A stretch of DNA of 64,000 nt, taken from Chloroflexota bacterium. GTDB taxonomy: Bacteria; Chloroflexota; Anaerolineae; Anaerolineales; Villigracilaceae. Positions 59,719 through 64,000 of this stretch are shown piece by piece. The notes under the pieces are model-generated. The model worked only from the letters and a program-made list of their open reading frames with translations. It had not been told where the DNA came from and did not search any database. Position numbers and translations under genes: made by a program. Each line of letters begins with the position of its first letter. Positions within the stretch are counted from its first letter, which is position 1. The DNA lies in NCBI GenBank assembly GCA_043805815.1, contig JAZDHO010000160.1, positions 204-64,203 of the forward strand, in the 5' to 3' direction.

Positions 59719-61218
59719 CTGGAAACCCTGGGCATCATCACGATCTACTTCTTCTACGGCCTGGCTTTTTTCAGCATGGGTCTCCTGGTCGCGATCGAGG
59801 GCGGCCGGTCGTCAGATGAACGCGTGCGCAAGGCGCTCCGGCCCCTGGCCGGATTCGGCCTTGTGCATGCTGCGCACGAGTGGATTGAGATGTTCGCCTT
59901 CATCAGCGCCGCGGGCGGTCACAGCGTCACCCCTGTGCTCACTGTTTTGCGGCTTTCCACGCTGGCCTTCTCGTTCCTCTCGCTGGCGGCGTTTGGCGGC
60001 TTTCTGCTGGCGCGGGACGAGACCGCCCAGCGCGTCAGTCTCATGATCCCGCTCGGTCTCGAAGCAGTGTGGGTATTTGGCCTGGTTAATCTTCGCGGTG
60101 GGGTGCCGCCGGCGTCGCTCTATGGGGTCGTGGATGTGTGGACCCGATACTCGCTGGCCATTCCCGCCAGCATCCTTGCGGCGCTCGGACTGATTGCTCA
60201 GCAGCGCGCGTTTCGGCGCGTGGGTCTGGTCCGATTCGGGCAGGATGCTCTGTGGGCAGCCGTGGCATTCGCCTGGTATGGCTTGATCGGGCAGGCCTTC
60301 ACACGAGCAACCTCGCTCCCGCCGTCCAACTTCATTAACGAGGGCCTTTTCCTCCGGCTGTTTGGCTTTCCAGTCCAGCTCCTGCGTGCCATCGTGGCAG
60401 GCGCGGCATCCGTATATGTGATCCGCTTCCTGCGCGCGTTTCAGGTCGAGACCGAGCAGAAGATCGCCGCCCTGCAGGCCGAGCGGCTGAGAGAATCCCA
60501 GCAGCGTGAGGCACTGCGAGGTGAGCTGTTTCGACGCGTGGTTGCCGCACAAGAATCGGAACGTCAGCGCATGGCGCGCGACTTGCACGACGAAACCGGG
60601 CAGGCGCTGACCGCCATCGGCCTGGGACTGCGCGGACTCGAATCGCGTCTGCCGCACGATCCTGAGAAGGCCGCGATCACCCTGCATGAACTCCAGGCAC
60701 TCACGGCAGACTCCCTGAAGGAATTGCAGAGGCTGATGGGCGACCTCCGGCCTTCACACCTCGACGATCTGGGCCTCGCCGCCGCCCTGCGCTGGTATGC
60801 TGCCAAGGTCGAGGAGCGCGCGCCGCTCAAGATCAAGGTTGAGATCACCGGGATTGAGCAGCCGATCGCGGAGGCCGCACGCATCTGCACCTTCCGCATA
60901 GTTCAGGAGGCGTTGAATAATGTGATCCGCCATGCGGAAGCGCGCAGCGTGCACATTTCCCTGAACTTCACCGAGCGGGGTGTGCATGTGGCCGTGCGCG
61001 ACGACGGAACCGGCTTCGACCTCGATCGTTTGCGCAAGACATCCTCCTCCGGCCGCCAGCCGCTGGGACTGGCGGGCATGCAGGAGCGCGCCGCCCTGCT
61101 GGGAGGGCTCGTGACCATTCAGTCGCGGCCCGGCCAAGGTACGCTGATCGAAGCGTCGCTCCCGTATCGCGAGGAAAACGAGGAACAGCATGACCACGCG
61201 CCTGCTGCTGGTGGATGA
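59719..61218 (+). CDS. NarL-type (HisKA_3) sensor histidine kinase with multi-TM N-terminal domain; probable non-ATG start
   Basis: H-box ESERQRMARDLHDETGQALT and an HATPase region (ALNNVIRH, DDGTGF). The first ATG (59776) would cut the first TM helix. An in-frame CTG at 59719 lies 6 nt after AAAGGA and just after an in-frame TAA. Confidence 0.8.
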   Translation: METLGIITIYFFYGLAFFSMGLLVAIEGGRSSDERVRKALRPLAGFGLVHAAHEWIEMFAFISAAGGHSVTPVLTVLRLSTLAFSFLSLAAFGGFLLARDETAQRVSLMIPLGLEAVWVFGLVNLRGGVPPASLYGVVDVWTRYSLAIPASILAALGLIAQQRAFRRVGLVRFGQDALWAAVAFAWYGLIGQAFTRATSLPPSNFINEGLFLRLFGFPVQLLRAIVAGAASVYVIRFLRAFQVETEQKIAALQAERLRESQQREALRGELFRRVVAAQESERQRMARDLHDETGQALTAIGLGLRGLESRLPHDPEKAAITLHELQALTADSLKELQRLMGDLRPSHLDDLGLAAALRWYAAKVEERAPLKIKVEITGIEQPIAEAARICTFRIVQEALNNVIRHAEARSVHISLNFTERGVHVAVRDDGTGFDLDRLRKTSSSGRQPLGLAGMQERAALLGGLVTIQSRPGQGTLIEASLPYREENEEQHDHAPAAGG

Positions 61219-61840
61219 TCACGCGGTCGTGCGCTCCGGACTCAAGATGCTGCTCAGCGCCGAGAGCGATGTTGAGATCGTGGGCGAGGCCGGGACGGCC
61301 GCGGACGCGATCGAGGTGGCCGGCAGAGTGTCCCCGGATGTGATCCTGATGGACATCGGCCTCCCGGACCTCTCGGGGATCGATGCCACGCGGGAGATCA
61401 AGAAGCGATTCCCGAAGGTCTCCGTCGTGGCCCTGACCATTCATGAGGACGAAGAATATTTCTTCAAGATGCTCGACGCCGGCGCCTCAGGCTACGTGCC
61501 CAAGCGTGCCGCGCCCGAGGAGTTGCTCACGGCCATCCGCGCCGCCGCCTCCGGTGAGGTCTATCTCTATCCGTCGCTGGCCAAGCTGCTCGTGACCGAC
61601 TATCTCAGCCAGGAGCATCCGCTGGCGGAGAAGGCCAACCTGGATGGTCTCACGGAGCGCGAACGCGAAGTGCTGACGTACCTGGCTGAGGGGACCAGCA
61701 ACGAAGAGATCGCGGTCTCGCTCGTCATCAGCCCCAAGACGGTCGAGCGTCACCGCGAGAACATCATGCGGAAGCTGAATTTGCATTCCCGGGCGGAACT
61801 CATGCGCTACGCGATCCGCAGGGGGATTATCAAGGCCTAG
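61190..61840 (+). CDS. NarL/LuxR-family response regulator
   Basis: 216 aa. LLLVDDH...ILMDIGLPD receiver domain. LTEREREVL...SPKTVERHRENIMRKL HTH. Overlaps the kinase by 29 nt. Confidence 0.92.
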   Translation: MTTRLLLVDDHAVVRSGLKMLLSAESDVEIVGEAGTAADAIEVAGRVSPDVILMDIGLPDLSGIDATREIKKRFPKVSVVALTIHEDEEYFFKMLDAGASGYVPKRAAPEELLTAIRAAASGEVYLYPSLAKLLVTDYLSQEHPLAEKANLDGLTEREREVLTYLAEGTSNEEIAVSLVISPKTVERHRENIMRKLNLHSRAELMRYAIRRGIIKA

Positions 61841-61929
61841 ATCCTCGATCCAGCCACCCTGCTTGCGCGTACTCCTCCCGGCGCCCAAGGGCAGGTGGTC
61901 CCAGACAGGTACCCATGCCCAGAGGTTCA

Positions 61930-62364
61930 ATGCACTCCCTGATGCGTCCTTTGCTTATCACGATCGGCACACTGTCGGTCGCCCTCGGAGTCGTGGGCAT
62001 GTTCATTCCGATCCTGCCCACGACCCCCTTTCTTCTGTTGGCGGCAGCGTGTTACGCGCGCAGTTCCGACAGATTCCTGCACTGGCTGCTCTACAACCGC
62101 TGGTTTGGCTCGTACATCCGAAACTACCGTGAGGGCCGCGGCATGCCGCGCACGACCAAGATCCTCACGCTGGCGGCGCTTTGGCTCACCCTCGGGATCT
62201 CGGCTGCCTTCGCGGTCTCAGGCTGGTGGGTGCGGCTCCTGCTTGTTGTGATCGGCATCGGCGTCACCGTCCATCTGCTCAGGATCCAGACGTATGATGG
62301 CGAGGACGATCCAGGTGGCATCGCCGCGGCCCGCAATGCGCCGCCGGCATCCGATGATCCATAG
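61930..62364 (+). CDS. ybaN: YbaN (DUF454) family inner membrane protein
   Basis: ILPTTPFLLLAAACYARSS..WLL...WFGSYIR matches E. coli YbaN. An alternative ATG lies at 61915. Confidence 0.85.
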   Translation: MHSLMRPLLITIGTLSVALGVVGMFIPILPTTPFLLLAAACYARSSDRFLHWLLYNRWFGSYIRNYREGRGMPRTTKILTLAALWLTLGISAAFAVSGWWVRLLLVVIGIGVTVHLLRIQTYDGEDDPGGIAAARNAPPASDDP

Positions 62365-62421
62365 CCCGCAATCCGCCGCGACCGCAGCCACTCCCTAGCA
62401 CGGCCTGCGCATCGTAGTTCC

Positions 62422-62464
62422 AGGACCCTTCCGCTCTTGCTTCGAGCGGAAGGGTCCTCTTTCT
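62422..62464 (+). terminator. intrinsic terminator after ybaN
   Basis: 15-bp perfect stem AGGACCCTTCCGCTC / GAGCGGAAGGGTCCT with a 7-nt loop, followed by CTTTCT. A second hairpin lies at 62474-62502. Confidence 0.75.
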
Positions 62465-62667
62465 GGGGCGGTCACCCCACGCCAGTCTGGTCGGCGTGGG
62501 GTCCGCGACGTATGCCGGGGCAGCGAGATGCATCAACTCGGCAGCCAAAAGATGGGGCCCGGCACGAATGTACGGCGCAAAGCCTTGCTTGTAGACTGTA
62601 AGCGGAGACTAATCTCGCTTGCGATCGTTCATTGCCGGGCGATGCAGGTGGAAAGAAGGAGGATGCG

Positions 62668-62790
62668 ATGGACGCACTTCAAGTGATGATTGCTATGACC
62701 GTCCTGCGGGTGATCTTGCCTGTTTGTGTACTGCTCGCGATCGGTGAGTGGGCAGGCAACCATGGCCGCCCGCGCTATGGTGAGAGGTAG
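62668..62790 (+). CDS. candidate 40-aa single-TM micro-protein
   Basis: ATG 5 nt after GAAAGAAGGAGG. Translation is MDALQVMIAMTVLRVILPVCVLLAIGEWAGNHGRPRYGER. It resembles the N-terminal helix of the next gene. It is below the track cutoff. Confidence 0.5.
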   Translation: MDALQVMIAMTVLRVILPVCVLLAIGEWAGNHGRPRYGER

Positions 62791-62797
62791 GTGAAGT

Positions 62798-63124
62798 ATG
62801 AACGACACTTCAGCCGCCCTTGCTGTTCTTACCGGACTGGCCGTCAGGCTGCTGATCCCGATTCTCGTCACGGGCTTCGTCGTGATCGCTCTGGGCCGGC
62901 TGGACAAACGCTGGCGGGGTGAGGGAAGCGTCAATCGGTTGAGAGTGGAGAAGCCTGAGTGCTGGAAGGCCCAGCGCTGTTCGCCTTCCAGCCGGAAGGA
63001 CTGCCCCGCGTACAAGTCCAGTCTGCCGTGCTGGCAGGTCTTCCGCCTCAACAACGGTTACCTGGACGAGAAATGCCTCATGTGCCCGGTGCTGGTTAAG
63101 GCGCCGGTGCCGCTGCGCACATAG
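62798..63124 (+). CDS. membrane-anchored Cys-rich protein (two CW motifs, six Cys)
   Basis: 108 aa. TM LAVRLLIPILVTGFVVIAL, then ECWKAQRCSPSSRKDCPAYKSSLPCWQVF...KCLMCPV. Confidence 0.65.
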   Translation: MNDTSAALAVLTGLAVRLLIPILVTGFVVIALGRLDKRWRGEGSVNRLRVEKPECWKAQRCSPSSRKDCPAYKSSLPCWQVFRLNNGYLDEKCLMCPVLVKAPVPLRT

Positions 63125-63147
63125 GCCCCACCTCGAGGAGATGCAAA

Positions 63148-64000
63148 ATGCGATCACGTTTCGAACGACTGTTGATCTCGTTGACCGTCGCGGTCCTCGC
63201 GGCTGGCGCAACGCTCATCATCGCGCAGGCGCAGGATCCGGCGCCTGTCGATCCAAACGAGCCCGCCCAGCACCCACCGGCTTGCGTGCCCTGCCACACT
63301 GAGTTTGCCACCGAGTGGCAGCACGGTCCGCACGGACAATCCGCCTCGGACCCGGCTTTCGTCGAGGATTGGACGAACCAGGGCAAGCCCGGTGCCTGCC
63401 TCGTGTGTCATGTCACCAACTATGACCCGGCGACCGGCACTTGGGACGAAGACGGCGTAGCCTGCGAGACCTGCCACGGCGCGATGGTTGCCGACCACCC
63501 CAGGGAACCGATGCCCGTGGACCGCGAGCCTGAGCTCTGCGCCCGCTGCCACAGCGATGTCCGCTTCGGCTGGCAGGATTGGCAGGGCAGCACGCACTTC
63601 CAGCGCGGCATGAGCTGCGCGACCTGCCACGATCCGCACAGCGCATCGTTGAAGGTTGTCACACCCCGCGATGGCAGCGCCCAATACACCGACGCCTCCC
63701 AGCTCTGCATCACCTGCCACAAAGATGTAAGCATGGATTTCCCGTACACCCCGCATCAGCAGCAGGGCGTCACCTGCATCGACTGCCACGTCACTCACGG
63801 CGAGACCAATCCCCCTGAAGCACACACCGTCCAGGATCACTCGTTCAAGGCGAACCTGAACAGCTGCAACGCCTGCCACTCGGATCAGATGCACAGCCCC
63901 GCCCAGGCCCTTGGCACAAATCAGCCCGCCCTCACAACGGCGCCCGCGGCACGGCAATTGCAGCAGGCAGGTCTGAGGGCCGAGCCGAGCCCGGTCAGCC
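63148..64000 (+). CDS. multihaem c-type cytochrome, first 284 codons (open at the window end)
   Basis: ATG 7 nt after GAGGAG. Signal peptide MRSRFERLLISLTVAVLAAGATLIIAQA. Eight in-frame CxxCH motifs (CVPCH at 63283, CLVCH, CETCH, CARCH, CATCH, CITCH, CIDCH, CNACH at 63865). It is absent from the ORF track because it has no stop inside the window. Confidence 0.85.
   Translation, partial: MRSRFERLLISLTVAVLAAGATLIIAQAQDPAPVDPNEPAQHPPACVPCHTEFATEWQHGPHGQSASDPAFVEDWTNQGKPGACLVCHVTNYDPATGTWDEDGVACETCHGAMVADHPREPMPVDREPELCARCHSDVRFGWQDWQGSTHFQRGMSCATCHDPHSASLKVVTPRDGSAQYTDASQLCITCHKDVSMDFPYTPHQQQGVTCIDCHVTHGETNPPEAHTVQDHSFKANLNSCNACHSDQMHSPAQALGTNQPALTTAPAARQLQQAGLRAEPSPVS

Noticed and set aside
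63154-63957. 267-aa minus-strand ORF
   Set aside because: It is antisense to the plus-strand frame that carries a signal peptide and eight CxxCH motifs. That frame was missing from the track only because it has no stop in the window.

Overview
High-GC (about 60-63% by eye) bacterial chromosomal segment. Gene content looks Chloroflexota/Anaerolineae-like, but that is an unverified impression. The left edge carries an rRNA operon on the minus strand (16S, tRNA-Ile, tRNA-Ala, partial 23S) with a consensus promoter and a 16S processing stem. The rest is about 55 tightly packed genes. Housekeeping: dnaX-ybaB-recR, prmA, metK, hrcA-grpE-dnaK-dnaJ, panBE, ino1, ugd. Metal uptake: a fur-family regulator with cbiMQO. 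Signalling: a 1343-aa PDZ/GAF histidine kinase with a FIST protein, a GAF-PAS adenylate cyclase, a Ser/Thr kinase with a TolB-like propeller, and a NarL-type two-component pair. There are also many cell-surface proteins. Cis-regulatory RNAs readable directly from the sequence are a SAM-I riboswitch before metK, a Trp (UGG) T-box before a stand-alone trpB2, a CIRCE operator before hrcA, and a TTGCAA palindrome before the fur-family gene. Best candidate for something new: a translationally coupled three-gene cassette at 28420-30841, made of an SPPY DNA methyltransferase with atypical motif order, a polytopic membrane protein and an orphan protein with a PD-(D/E)XK-like motif. Other notable items are an 8-haem cytochrome gene running off the right edge that is absent from the ORF track, preceded by a Cys-rich two-CW-like membrane protein and a 40-codon micro-ORF. 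There is also a lectin-like lipoprotein gene interrupted by one in-frame TAG. I saw no CRISPR array, transposase, integrase or prophage gene. Many long ORFs in the track are antisense artefacts of high GC.
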